From NCBI GenBank assembly GCA_029262415.1, contig JAJCZL010000037.1, forward strand, positions 14,504 to 78,503: a stretch of 64,000 nt of DNA, read 5' to 3'. Positions 18,761-28,455 of this stretch are shown here, piece by piece (position 1 is the first letter of the stretch; the number at the start of each line of letters is the position of its first letter). Position numbers and translations under genes: made by a program. The stretch is from Deltaproteobacteria bacterium. Lineage in GTDB: Bacteria > Desulfobacterota > Binatia > UBA1149 > JAJCZL01. The notes under the pieces were generated by a model. The model searched no databases. It saw only the letters and a program-made list of their open reading frames with translations, and was not told the DNA's origin.

Positions 18761-20065
18761 CTAGTACCCGAGCCCGGACCGCGGCGACGTGGGCCGTGGG
18801 GCGTCAGGGCGGGACGCGCCGGAGTCGGGACGCGGAATGTGCGGCCTGTTGGGGTTGAAGCGTTTGTATTCCTCGGCCGTGGAGACGTTACAAACCGGGT
18901 TCGATGCCGCGCATGATCCAGAAGACGCCCCGCAGGTCAGCCGTACCGACTGCCCGACTGCGTAGCGCAGGATCAGCAACGCATCGGTTGCGGTGATCGC
19001 TGAGCTCGCGTTGACGTCACAGACGCCGGGCATACAGGCTTGGTTGCCGACCGAGGCCTGTAACGCGCCGAACGCATCGGTAGACGCGATCAGACCGTCG
19101 GCGGTGAAGTCACCGCAGGCGGGACCACCCATCGTCAACCATCCTACGTCGATCAGTAGTTGTACCGACCTTTCGATGTCGTGATTGGGCCCCACGTACT
19201 GGGGCTCCATGATGTCGTCGGGAGAAAGTGCGGTGCTGAAGTGCGAAACGCTTGAACCAGCCTCGAAGAACGCAGGGGCGTACATCTGAACGTGGCAGCT
19301 GGCATGGGTTCCGGATCCGAGATCGCCGGCACTTTTGCTGACAGCCGAGCCCGTCCAATGCAGGGCGTTGACCGCTGTGGCGCCGAGTGCACGCTCAGTA
19401 TTGCTCATGACCGGGAACGAAAGCCCATTGCAATGGTTCTCGAGGTTGACCATGTAAGCATCGTCATAGCCGAGCATCTTGCTGCCGAAGAAAGCGTTCA
19501 TCGGGGTAGCAAAACCAAGGCCGTGGCCGAGCTCGTGGATCAACACGGAGACGAGATCGATCTCTCCCGGTCCCGCATTGCGATCGAAACCGTAATACCA
19601 CCCGATATCGCAACCGGCGCCACCTACATCGCTGTTGAACTGCGCGAAGATGTCGCCCAGGCCCGAGCCGAGGTCGCTGCCCGCGAGTGCATCCGCCAAA
19701 GCCGAGGGGTACCACGTCTCAGCCCTGCGCGCCGCGGTGAAGTCTCTGAAGAACGTCATCGCTCCAGCCGCGCCAAGCAACACCCCCGCTCCAGGCGTGC
19801 AGCCTAGGCTGTCAAACTGTGCATCGACGATAATCTCAACGCTGCTGTCCAGACGCGCAGCCCAAATATCGGCAGCAAACTGAAAAGCATTCAGCCGCTG
19901 TGCCCCGAGTGTCGCACCGGTGTTCCCGCCGACAGGTGCAACAGGTGTTGCATCGAGGAAGCCTTCACCGGTGGTGTCGTTGTTTACAATGCGGAACGTC
20001 GCCGCCGACGCGTTGCCTGCGAAGAGTGCCACGGCGACAAAACTGACCAAGAAGAGCTTGCGCAT
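18761..20065 (-). CDS. Secreted zinc metallopeptidase-like protein with C-terminal dockerin-like domain
   Basis: Signal peptide; PVGGNTGATLGAQRLNAF, WYPSALADALAG, zincin motif HELGHGLGF, GSSVSHF, MEP Met-turn; CGD..ADG..STDA...CDVN..TATDALLILRYAVG. Confidence 0.85.
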   Translation of the reverse strand: MRKLFLVSFVAVALFAGNASAATFRIVNNDTTGEGFLDATPVAPVGGNTGATLGAQRLNAFQFAADIWAARLDSSVEIIVDAQFDSLGCTPGAGVLLGAAGAMTFFRDFTAARRAETWYPSALADALAGSDLGSGLGDIFAQFNSDVGGAGCDIGWYYGFDRNAGPGEIDLVSVLIHELGHGLGFATPMNAFFGSKMLGYDDAYMVNLENHCNGLSFPVMSNTERALGATAVNALHWTGSAVSKSAGDLGSGTHASCHVQMYAPAFFEAGSSVSHFSTALSPDDIMEPQYVGPNHDIERSVQLLIDVGWLTMGGPACGDFTADGLIASTDAFGALQASVGNQACMPGVCDVNASSAITATDALLILRYAVGQSVRLTCGASSGSCAASNPVCNVSTAEEYKRFNPNRPHIPRPDSGASRPDAPRPTSPRSGLGY

Positions 20066-20068
20066 AAC

Positions 20069-20461
20069 TCAGCGCTCCTCCCCAACTGCGGCCATGCATT
20101 GGCCGACCGGCTCGCGCGGCACCACCGGCGCGCAACCCGCTTCAACACTGTGCGCGTCGCGGTTCGGACCGACGACCATCATGTGCAAGAAGCCGCCTTC
20201 GGCATGCACACCGATTCCGCCTGTGGGCCCTTCGACCGCAAATTCGGTCACCGCTCCGATAGCCGGACCCAATTCCAAGTAGGCGGGCAAGGGCAGATCC
20301 TCGCTTCCATCACCACTAAATGGCTCGATCTCGCTGAAACTCCCGCTCTCAGGATCACTGAAGACCACCTGGGCTACCGCGTTGCCGGCGGTCAACGCCA
20401 TTACCACTACGGCAATCACGGCGACACGGCAGAATCGAAAATCCTTCATTGCGTTCTCCAT
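20069..20461 (-). CDS. Small secreted partner protein upstream of peptidase
   Basis: Signal peptide ending AVA; GGIGVHAEGGFLHMMVV...AGC; 3 bp from the peptidase start. Confidence 0.7.
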   Translation of the reverse strand: MENAMKDFRFCRVAVIAVVVMALTAGNAVAQVVFSDPESGSFSEIEPFSGDGSEDLPLPAYLELGPAIGAVTEFAVEGPTGGIGVHAEGGFLHMMVVGPNRDAHSVEAGCAPVVPREPVGQCMAAVGEER

Positions 20462-20621
20462 CACCTCTCCAACCTCGTAATGCGAGGCTCGTCTATTTTG
20501 GCACGTCACGCCTAAACCCGGCCGCGGAAAAGACTGCTACGCGACCCTTCGTGAGCCTGCCCGGTGCAGAAAAACCCGCGGTTTCATCGAGTCCTTGCGG
20601 CCTGCGCAGGCACAAGCCGTG

Positions 20622-21797
20622 TTAGGGGCAAGTCAGCTCGACGGGCTGGCCGACCGCGTATTGGACAATCAACAGCGCATCGGTAGCCGTCACCGCCATG
20701 GTCGAGTTGACATCGCATACCTCGACCACACAGTTCTGCGTTCCGACGGATGTGTTGAGAGCTTGCAGTGCGTCGGTTGTGGACACGTTGGTGTCTTCAT
20801 TCGCGTCGCCGCACGCCACAGAAGGAGCGACTACGAGCTGCCAGCCGAGGTCGGTAAACAACTCAAGCGTGCGCTCGAGATTGTGATTGGCGCCGGTATA
20901 ACTCGGCTCCATCAGCTCGTTCGGTGCAAGCGCCGTCGAGTAGTGCGAGACCGAAGACCCCTGCTGTGCGGGATTCGGTGCGTACATCTCGACGTGCCCA
21001 GAGGCGTGCGCGCCCGAAATAAGATCGCCGCTGCCGGCGACGACCGTCGGTCCGACCCAGTGTAGGTCATCGCTACTGGTACTGGCGGCTACGCGCTCGC
21101 CATCACTCATGTCAGGATAGATCTTACCGGTGCCGTGATCTTCAAGGTTGAACATGAAGACGTCGTCCAACCCACCGAACTTCTGTCCGGTCGGTAGGTT
21201 GACGAATGCAGCGAATCCGAGCCCGTGTGAGATCTCGTGCAGTACCACGGTGGCGAGATCAATCTTTCCCGGCGGCGGAGTGCCGTCGAGTCCGTAGTAC
21301 CAAGTGTTAGGAAACGAACACGTAGTCCCGATCGAGCTGTTGAACGTCGCACGAATGTCGCTGTTACTGGGCGCAAGGTCTGAACCGGCCAGCGCGTTGG
21401 CAAGAGCCTGAGGGTAGTACGTAGCGCTCAACTGTGCACCGACAAAGTCACGATGCACGGTCTGGGTTCCTGCCGAGCCGAGGATAGCACTCGTCAAGCC
21501 ACAGGTCAGCGGATCGAAGTTCGAGTCGACGAGAATCTCTACGTCGCTCACCAACCGCGCGCTCAAAAGCGATGCCGCAAAGTCGAAGACGTTGAGCCGT
21601 TGCTGGCCGAGCGTGGTTCCGTCGTTGCCGCCGACCGGGCTGACCGAAGTGTTGTCGTTAAACCCTTCACCCGCTCCGTCCAGATTGACGACGGTAACGG
21701 TCGCGGCGTGGGCGGCGGATGCTGGGACGAGAGCAGCGGCGAATGCGGTCGCAAAAAGGGCTGCGCCGAATACGTTCCGGGTTCGGGTGCGTCGCAT
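20622..21797 (-). CDS. Secreted zinc metallopeptidase-like protein with C-terminal dockerin-like domain (paralog of 18761)
   Basis: Start at MRRTRTR after a GGGG RBS; PVGGNDGTTLGQQRLNVF, HEISHGLGF, GSSVSHY, ELMEP; CGDANED..STTDAL...CDVN..TATDALLIVQYAVG. Confidence 0.87.
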   Translation of the reverse strand: MRRTRTRNVFGAALFATAFAAALVPASAAHAATVTVVNLDGAGEGFNDNTSVSPVGGNDGTTLGQQRLNVFDFAASLLSARLVSDVEILVDSNFDPLTCGLTSAILGSAGTQTVHRDFVGAQLSATYYPQALANALAGSDLAPSNSDIRATFNSSIGTTCSFPNTWYYGLDGTPPPGKIDLATVVLHEISHGLGFAAFVNLPTGQKFGGLDDVFMFNLEDHGTGKIYPDMSDGERVAASTSSDDLHWVGPTVVAGSGDLISGAHASGHVEMYAPNPAQQGSSVSHYSTALAPNELMEPSYTGANHNLERTLELFTDLGWQLVVAPSVACGDANEDTNVSTTDALQALNTSVGTQNCVVEVCDVNSTMAVTATDALLIVQYAVGQPVELTCP

Positions 21798-21807
21798 GTC
21801 GATCCCC

Positions 21808-22173
21808 CTACTCGTGTTTGCCGCGAGTTGCGCTGTTGTTATCTGCGTGAGAGTGCGCACAGTCGCTGTGCAACACACCACCGGGGTCAACAACAGCGAC
21901 CATAACGCTTTCGAATCCGCCGCCAAGATCGACGATAATGCCGCCTCCGGGCACCGGGCTCGCGACCTCGACAAGGCCGACTGTCGAGGTGCGCAAGCGT
22001 GCCTGCACCCCCGGCGAATACTCCGCGACCGATGACGCCTGTACGCCGACCGGAGGCTGCAGCTGGATGGTTTGCGCGTCGGCGTCGGTGCCGACTGCCG
22101 CAACAGCAGCTACGACAAGCGCCGTAAGAAGCGTGTTGCGGTATCTGCTGCGGCTTGGGGTATCGATTGACAT
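21808..22173 (-). CDS. Small secreted partner protein upstream of peptidase
   Basis: AAGGAG RBS, signal peptide; RTSTVGLVEVASPVPGGGIIVDLGGGFESVMVAVVDPGGVLHSDC. Confidence 0.78.
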   Translation of the reverse strand: MSIDTPSRSRYRNTLLTALVVAAVAAVGTDADAQTIQLQPPVGVQASSVAEYSPGVQARLRTSTVGLVEVASPVPGGGIIVDLGGGFESVMVAVVDPGGVLHSDCAHSHADNNSATRGKHE

Positions 22174-22424
22174 GCGTTGCTCCTTATCCCGTCGCGCGAA
22201 CATCCGCGCCTAGGGATTTCATTGAGCAACGGCTGTGCCACCCGGTGGCGCTGGAGTTTTCAGCGGCTACGGAGACAGCGCAGGCACAATCTCGGCGTGA
22301 TTTTATTGACTGTCCGGCATGGGGCACACGGTCGTGTCCAGGCCATCGGCTACTTGACCGCGCAAACGCGGCACGCGAAGCCATGCTCTCATGCTGAGAC
22401 GACGCCTACACGGAAGTGCAGGCC

Positions 22425-23162
22425 TCAGGTAAGTTCTGAGGCGAAGAGCCGGGTCAGCCTTTGCCAGGCATCTGCAGCCGACTTTTCGTGATAGTCCTCG
22501 CGAGCATCGCAGAAGAAACCGTGGCCCACCCCGGGGTAGACGACAACGTCGTGATCGACACCGTCGGCGCTGAGCCGGTCACGGATTGCCTGGATTTGGT
22601 CGGCTGGGATGTAACCGTCCTTATCGCCGAAGAGACAGAGAACCTTGCCGGCGATCTTGGCGGTTCGCTCAATGGTCGCCGGCTGCTCCCCTCCCGGCGC
22701 GCCGACCGCGATCCCGCCCCCGTAAAAGCTGACTGCCGCCGCGACCGGCAACTCGCAGGCGGTGAGGTAGGCGGCGTGGCCACCGAAACAGAACCCCATG
22801 ACGCCGACCCCCTTGCCTCCGACGTCAGAGCGGGCCTTCAATGCGTCGATCGCCGCACGGGTATCCGCGAGCAACTCAGTCGCGGTGACCTTATTCATCA
22901 GCTCGAGCCCCTTGCCCAACCCTTCGGCGTCATATCCGAGTTCGATGCCCGCAGCGGTGCGATGAAATAGATCGGGAGCCATCACCACGTAGCCTTCGGC
23001 GGCGACGCGATCGGCGACCGAGCGAATGTGTCCGTTGACACCGAAGATCTCCATAAAAAGCACCACGCCGGGATGCGCCCCGGCTGCTTCCGGCCGCGCG
23101 ACGTAGGCCGGCATCTTACCGCCATCCACGGATACTTCGATTCGCTCACTTGTCGTTCGCAT
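22425..23162 (-). CDS. Dienelactone hydrolase family protein
   Basis: EIFGVNGHIRSVADR, APDLF, GVMGFCFGG, FGDKD, GHGFFCD. Confidence 0.95.
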   Translation of the reverse strand: MRTTSERIEVSVDGGKMPAYVARPEAAGAHPGVVLFMEIFGVNGHIRSVADRVAAEGYVVMAPDLFHRTAAGIELGYDAEGLGKGLELMNKVTATELLADTRAAIDALKARSDVGGKGVGVMGFCFGGHAAYLTACELPVAAAVSFYGGGIAVGAPGGEQPATIERTAKIAGKVLCLFGDKDGYIPADQIQAIRDRLSADGVDHDVVVYPGVGHGFFCDAREDYHEKSAADAWQRLTRLFASELT

Positions 23163-23287
23163 GTCTATTCCTCCAGGCGGGTACGGTTAGCACGCCGACA
23201 ACTGAAACTCCATCGAAGAAGCGCTGGCGGAAAAGGGCGTTGGAACAACCCAAGCGAACGCCGATAAGCCGGATTAAGCAGCCCGGG

Positions 23288-23770
23288 TCAGTTCTTGGAT
23301 TCGACCCACTTTGGGCGCACCGCTTTGCCGCCCTTGGCGTCAAACACACCCATGATGGTACAGCTTCGTGCGAGACCGCTTTTGTTCACACAACGCAGAC
23401 GCTCGCCGGCTGCGACTGCAACGCCCGGCTTGAAGTAGGTACAACCCGCGTTGCCGTAGGTGAACCTGACGTTCTCGTCACTGGTCGCTACGTAGACAGC
23501 GGTATGATCCGAACAGGCCTGCGTCAGCATGAACGTCCCGGTGCGCGGAGCCTCGTACAACACCCAGCTTGCGCCGGACGGCGCGACCGCAGTGGCACTT
23601 ACGGTGTGCCCGGCGATGCGCCCGGTGTACTCAACCGCTGCAGCGCTCGAAGCGAACCACAGCAACAAAAACGCGAGCACAATGAACGTAACAAAGCCGA
23701 GCGCTGCGACTCGATCGGATCGACCGAAAGATGCGAGACGGCGCGCGGCGGTTTCTTCGGTAGTACGCAT
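23288..23770 (-). CDS. Hypothetical secreted protein with 4 Cys
   Basis: GAGGTGAG RBS; hydrophobic leader ending SAAA; plausible coding composition. Confidence 0.6.
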   Translation of the reverse strand: MRTTEETAARRLASFGRSDRVAALGFVTFIVLAFLLLWFASSAAAVEYTGRIAGHTVSATAVAPSGASWVLYEAPRTGTFMLTQACSDHTAVYVATSDENVRFTYGNAGCTYFKPGVAVAAGERLRCVNKSGLARSCTIMGVFDAKGGKAVRPKWVESKN

Positions 23771-23946
23771 GTTTCTCACCTCAGCCGCTGAGTCTATCGC
23801 CGTGCGCAACGGCTTGTAAAGATTATGTTCTAAAAAACAGCCATCATTGGATGCGGACACCGCACTGCGCCGCCTAGCCCCCCCCAACCCCCCAGCTGAG
23901 CTTAGCCGAGTCGCACCACAACTCGATTCTCAGTAGAGCCTGTCGT

Positions 23947-26900
23947 TCATGAGCCGTCTTCTCCGGACGGAGGCTGCCTAGCGCCGGCTTGACCCAGCGC
24001 TGTCGTGGGCGTGTCGTCGCCGGCAACCGCGACCGGCATCGCCGTCACCTCGCCCCCGGGCCACGACTTAACGTGAAGGTCGCGTTGGGGAAACGGAATC
24101 CCTATTCCGTGTGCTGCGAGTTCGGCGTTGATCTGAGTGTTGACCCGGTCCTGAACCACGACTCTTTGGATGACGTCGCTCACAAACAGACGCAACTCAA
24201 AATCCAACGAACTCTCTCCGTGGTTGACGAACACCACCGACGGCGCCGGGTCCTTGAGAACCTCGGGGTCGCCGGTTGCGATCGCCGCCAGGATCGCGCG
24301 TACCTGCTCGATGTCGCTGCCGTAGTCGACGCCGATCTTGACCACCAACCGTGTCACGCTGTCGGCAAGCGTCCAGTTGATCACGTCTTGAGTGATGAGC
24401 GCCCGGTTGGGAACAAGAACCTCTTGCCGGTCAAAGTTCAGGACCGTGGTTGCGCGAATATTGATCCGCTGCACACGGCCTACCACAGTGCCTATGGTCA
24501 CCTGGTCGCCGACACGGATCGGACGCTCAACCAGCAGGATGATACCGCTGACAAAGTTCGAGACGATCTCTTGCAAACCGAAACCGAGCCCGACACCCAT
24601 CGCCGCGATCAGCCACCCAAGTCTCGCGGTGTCGAGTTTGAGTGTCGACGTCACCCACCATGCAGCGATGAACACCAAGCCGTAGCGGGTCATGGTTACG
24701 ATTGCATAGCGCAACCCGGTATCGAGACTGACGCGCGGGAACAGCGTGAGATCATAAATCCCCGGCAGATCTCGCAACAACCAGCCCGTCGCGAGCACCA
24801 AACCGACCGCGAACACGAGATCGGCGGCGGTAACGAACTCCGGACCGTCGGCACCAACACCAGCTTGCCAAATGTCGATAGAAACCAGTGTCTGCCAGGC
24901 ACGCTCGTCGAATCCCCAGATCAGTGCGAACAAATAGACGGAGACCAGCACGAACAACCAACGCGCGATCGCAGTGAGTTCGATGGCGGGCGGTTCCTCG
25001 ACCGGATCACCGGTCTTGGCTGCCTCTGCCTCTGCTTCATATTTTTGCAGTCTGCGTCTATGCGCTTGGTAGCGACCTACAACCGCGGCTACCCGGCGAT
25101 GTAGCGGAGGCAGCACCGCCGCGGCGATGACACTGAGCCCGACGGCACGGGCAATGTAGAGCGCCGCAAACCCGTAGCCGACGACATAAAGGACCGGTGA
25201 TGCGAAAACCAGAACTGGGAACAGCACCCGCCACAGGCCTCGCCTGCGGTGCATCACCCGTGCTGTCACGCCTCGTACCCCATGCGTAATGACGACCGAG
25301 TTCGGCCGAAATACCCGGAAAGCGCAGAAGGAAACGACCAGCGCGAAGCCTGCCAGGGCTAGACGCGGAACCGCTATGAACTCGAAAGGTTCGGCAGAAG
25401 TAATCGCCCACGGAATCATCAGCGCCGCGAATCCTACAAGTGCGACCCGGCCGCCGCGGTGGATTGCCGCGGCAACCGCCGCCGGAATCCCCACGGCCAG
25501 CACGAAAACGCCGTCTGCTCGGAACAGAACGCGGTTCAACGAACGACCGAAGACGAGTACCGCGAAGGCGCGCAGACCTGATGCCGCGACCAGTCCTAGG
25601 CCCTCGGGCAGCCCCAAGCTCGAGATAACGGCTGCCGTGAACCATACGTAGGCAGGAAAAAGCACGATGCGTAGGAGGTCGACGAAGACCCTCGCAGCAA
25701 GCCGCATTGCGCCTCGATTGTAGCCGGCGTCCTGTTGCTCTCGCCCGCGTGCATACTGGGTGAGCCCACGCCACACGAAAAAGAAGATCAACGGCGCAAC
25801 GAAGAAAACCACCGCCAAGTACATGGATCGATAGGACGAAGTCAGGTCGCGGTAGGTCTGCCCCAATGTTGCCGGTGATCCGGCGCGAACCGTCCAAGCG
25901 CCGAACTCCTGCAGCTCGTGCGATAGCGTCCGCAACGTTTCCGTTCCGATCGGATCGCGATCACGAATCCACAGGACCCGCGCGCGGATGAACGTATCAA
26001 GTTCGTCGAGCGCGAAGGTCCGGTCGAGCTTGAGCGACTCGAGCCGCTGACCTTGCGCGATGACATCACTCAACGCGGTCTTCTCGGTGTTGAGCAGCCC
26101 GCGCAGTTCGTCGCGCACCCTCGCTGTTCGCGTACGCAGGTCGGCAGCCGCATCCTCGGAGAGTCCTTCGCGGATCGCCAGTATATCTTTGCGCCAAATG
26201 TTGGTGAGGTCGTAGAGAGTGTTGTCGACTTCAAAGTGAAGGTCACGGTATCGCGACAGCTTCTCAGCGACCGACGGCGTGACTGCGATGCCGAGCGATT
26301 TGCGCTTCAGCGGGATCTGCCGAAGCGTGTTGCGAACCAATTGCGCAACCTGTCCGCTGCTGCCGTGTTGCGTCAGGTACTGACGTAGGCGTTCGAGTGC
26401 GGTTCGATCCTCGACAATACGCAGCTCCTGCTCGTTGACTTCTTTGCTGAGAACGACGGCGAAGTCCTGCAACTGGCTGGTCTGGGCCCGCGCCCGCAGG
26501 ACCTTGGCCTCCCAGTCAGCCAGCATCTTACCGGCAGGCCCCTCGGCCGCCTGCGCTTCAATCTCCTTGGCGGCGAGTTGCTCTTCGAGCTGCTTGCGGC
26601 GCGAAGACTCCTGCTGACGGAGCGCGCCACGATACTGCGCGAGTTCGCGTTCGAGCCGTTCCCCGGCGCGTTTCGTAGTTTCGACGGCAAGCGCCCGGTA
26701 GGCGTCCAGCTCCGGCGCCGCATCGCGTGCCGCATCCATCACTTCGACTGCGCGGCGCGCAATCGACTCGTTGAGGCGTGCATTCGCGAGTTCAAGAGTT
26801 ACTGCTGCTGCGTTGTCGCCCTGCGCGGACTTAGCCTCTTCCTCGAGCGCTTTCTGGCGTTCAACCGCCGCGGCGGTCCGTGCTTCGAGCTTGGACCGTT

Positions 26901-27474
26901 CTTCGCCCGCCTCTGCTTGACGCTTCGCCGCAACCGATAGCGCGGCGCTGATCGAGTCGAGGGTCTCACGCAGTTTCGCAGCTTCCTGCTCTTTAATACG
27001 CAGGCCCTGCAGTGTAACCACACCTAGATCGGCAATGGCCGGCTTGCCGGTCTCGTCAAATGCCGCGGCTTGCTTACGCAACGACTCGGAATCGCGCCGG
27101 CTCTCCCCGAGATCGGTTTGCAGCTGCTCATGCCGATCGATTAACGAGTCAAGCTCCTCGAGCAGCGAGCGACGCCGCTCGAGGCCGCGCCTGACACGCT
27201 CGTCAACACCGCCGGTTGCGCCATTTGCTGGAATGGTCGCAAGTCGCGAACCCACCTTCTCCAATTCTCCGGCAACTTCAGCGCGCAACAGTGCACCCTT
27301 GCCGACGTTCGACCACGGCCCACCGGCCTGCCCCACGGCCTGCAACGGCGCAAGCGCTGTCCCCGCGAGCGTCACCACAAAAACCGACAGCACGGCGGAG
27401 AATCTCACCACGGGCCGTGATGCGCCGGGTGAGCGCAACCACCCAATCGATCCGGCATGAGGTAGTCTAAACAT
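23947..27474 (-). CDS. Large mechanosensitive channel, MscS family (MscK/KefA-like)
   Basis: Signal peptide, long periplasmic coiled coil, many TMs, MscS core GVGLGFGLQEIVSNFVSGIILLVERPIRVGD...INIRAT...VPN...INWT...GIPFPQRDLH. Confidence 0.93.
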   Translation of the reverse strand: MFRLPHAGSIGWLRSPGASRPVVRFSAVLSVFVVTLAGTALAPLQAVGQAGGPWSNVGKGALLRAEVAGELEKVGSRLATIPANGATGGVDERVRRGLERRRSLLEELDSLIDRHEQLQTDLGESRRDSESLRKQAAAFDETGKPAIADLGVVTLQGLRIKEQEAAKLRETLDSISAALSVAAKRQAEAGEERSKLEARTAAAVERQKALEEEAKSAQGDNAAAVTLELANARLNESIARRAVEVMDAARDAAPELDAYRALAVETTKRAGERLERELAQYRGALRQQESSRRKQLEEQLAAKEIEAQAAEGPAGKMLADWEAKVLRARAQTSQLQDFAVVLSKEVNEQELRIVEDRTALERLRQYLTQHGSSGQVAQLVRNTLRQIPLKRKSLGIAVTPSVAEKLSRYRDLHFEVDNTLYDLTNIWRKDILAIREGLSEDAAADLRTRTARVRDELRGLLNTEKTALSDVIAQGQRLESLKLDRTFALDELDTFIRARVLWIRDRDPIGTETLRTLSHELQEFGAWTVRAGSPATLGQTYRDLTSSYRSMYLAVVFFVAPLIFFFVWRGLTQYARGREQQDAGYNRGAMRLAARVFVDLLRIVLFPAYVWFTAAVISSLGLPEGLGLVAASGLRAFAVLVFGRSLNRVLFRADGVFVLAVGIPAAVAAAIHRGGRVALVGFAALMIPWAITSAEPFEFIAVPRLALAGFALVVSFCAFRVFRPNSVVITHGVRGVTARVMHRRRGLWRVLFPVLVFASPVLYVVGYGFAALYIARAVGLSVIAAAVLPPLHRRVAAVVGRYQAHRRRLQKYEAEAEAAKTGDPVEEPPAIELTAIARWLFVLVSVYLFALIWGFDERAWQTLVSIDIWQAGVGADGPEFVTAADLVFAVGLVLATGWLLRDLPGIYDLTLFPRVSLDTGLRYAIVTMTRYGLVFIAAWWVTSTLKLDTARLGWLIAAMGVGLGFGLQEIVSNFVSGIILLVERPIRVGDQVTIGTVVGRVQRINIRATTVLNFDRQEVLVPNRALITQDVINWTLADSVTRLVVKIGVDYGSDIEQVRAILAAIATGDPEVLKDPAPSVVFVNHGESSLDFELRLFVSDVIQRVVVQDRVNTQINAELAAHGIGIPFPQRDLHVKSWPGGEVTAMPVAVAGDDTPTTALGQAGARQPPSGEDGS

Positions 27475-28417
27475 GATTCCTCAACATCAACTCTTTTGGG
27501 TGCGGTTCGAGGTAAGTCCGCCCCGACCAGCACTCAACACCGTGCAGCCTTACGTGATGACGAATCAACGTAACCGGGACAAGGATAGGAACGAGTCCCG
27601 CGCCGTAGTCGCGAATTGCATCGCGAAGCTCGGCGCGCGAAGCAGCGTCGAGCGACTCGCGTAGATCTCCGGTCATGTGCTCGAGAACCTTGACCTGCCG
27701 CTTCCTTGTGGCGATCTTGACCAGCGTTCGCATGAAACCCCGCTGGTAATGTTCGGCGAAGAGCGCACGCGGAGTATCTTTAACTGCAGCGACGATTCTG
27801 CCGAGTGCGCGGTAGTCAGGTTCGGAGTGTGCCAGCAACTGCATCTTGTGGCCGGGATGGAACGTGACCACGTGTGCGCGCGTCCATCTGCCCGAGAACA
27901 GCTTTCGCACACGACGGTACGCAAACATTCGCTCAATAAAGTTCTCGCGTAGCGGCGGGTCGTGCAAGCGGCCCTCCTCTTCGACCGGAAGTCCTTCGAC
28001 ACGGTCTAGCAGCGCCTGCGCGAACATACCCCCACCGTTGCGCCGCGGCGTCGCGCCTGCGCGATAGACCTTTACCTTTTCCATCCCACAACTCGGCGAG
28101 TTCTTTTTGAGGACGTAAGCGGATAGGTCCTGGCGCGTGAGTTCGCGCACCCGCTTGGCCGCCCACGACTCCATCGAACGCGTGTGGTCGGTCCCGCTCT
28201 TCTCGGCGATCATACGAACCTGGCCGCCGTCCTCAACCAAGCGGACGGTCTCGCGCGGAACCCCCATCCCAACTTCGACTTCCGGACACACCGGTACCCA
28301 CTCGACCCAAGGCCCAAGGACGTCGGTCAAGAACCGATCGCGCTGGTGGCCGCCATCGTAGCGAACCTGGTTGCCCAGCAGGCACGAAGAAACACCGATG
28401 CGCAGCGAAACACCCAT
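27467..28417 (-). CDS. DUF523 (TudS-like Fe-S domain) + DUF1722 protein, YbgA family
   Basis: IGVSSCLLGNQVRYDGGH, VCPEVEVGMGVPRE, KNSPSCG, PVEEEGRLHDP.LRENFI, YLEPHPKELMLRNHV. Confidence 0.92.
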   Translation of the reverse strand: MGVSLRIGVSSCLLGNQVRYDGGHQRDRFLTDVLGPWVEWVPVCPEVEVGMGVPRETVRLVEDGGQVRMIAEKSGTDHTRSMESWAAKRVRELTRQDLSAYVLKKNSPSCGMEKVKVYRAGATPRRNGGGMFAQALLDRVEGLPVEEEGRLHDPPLRENFIERMFAYRRVRKLFSGRWTRAHVVTFHPGHKMQLLAHSEPDYRALGRIVAAVKDTPRALFAEHYQRGFMRTLVKIATRKRQVKVLEHMTGDLRESLDAASRAELRDAIRDYGAGLVPILVPVTLIRHHVRLHGVECWSGRTYLEPHPKELMLRNHV

Positions 28418-28455
28418 CTCATGACTGGTATGCCCCGGCTTCGCCACGCTCGCGC

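Noticed and set aside
23989-25104. 371-aa plus-strand ORF opposite the MscS core
   Set aside because: Antisense shadow with no recognisable domain.
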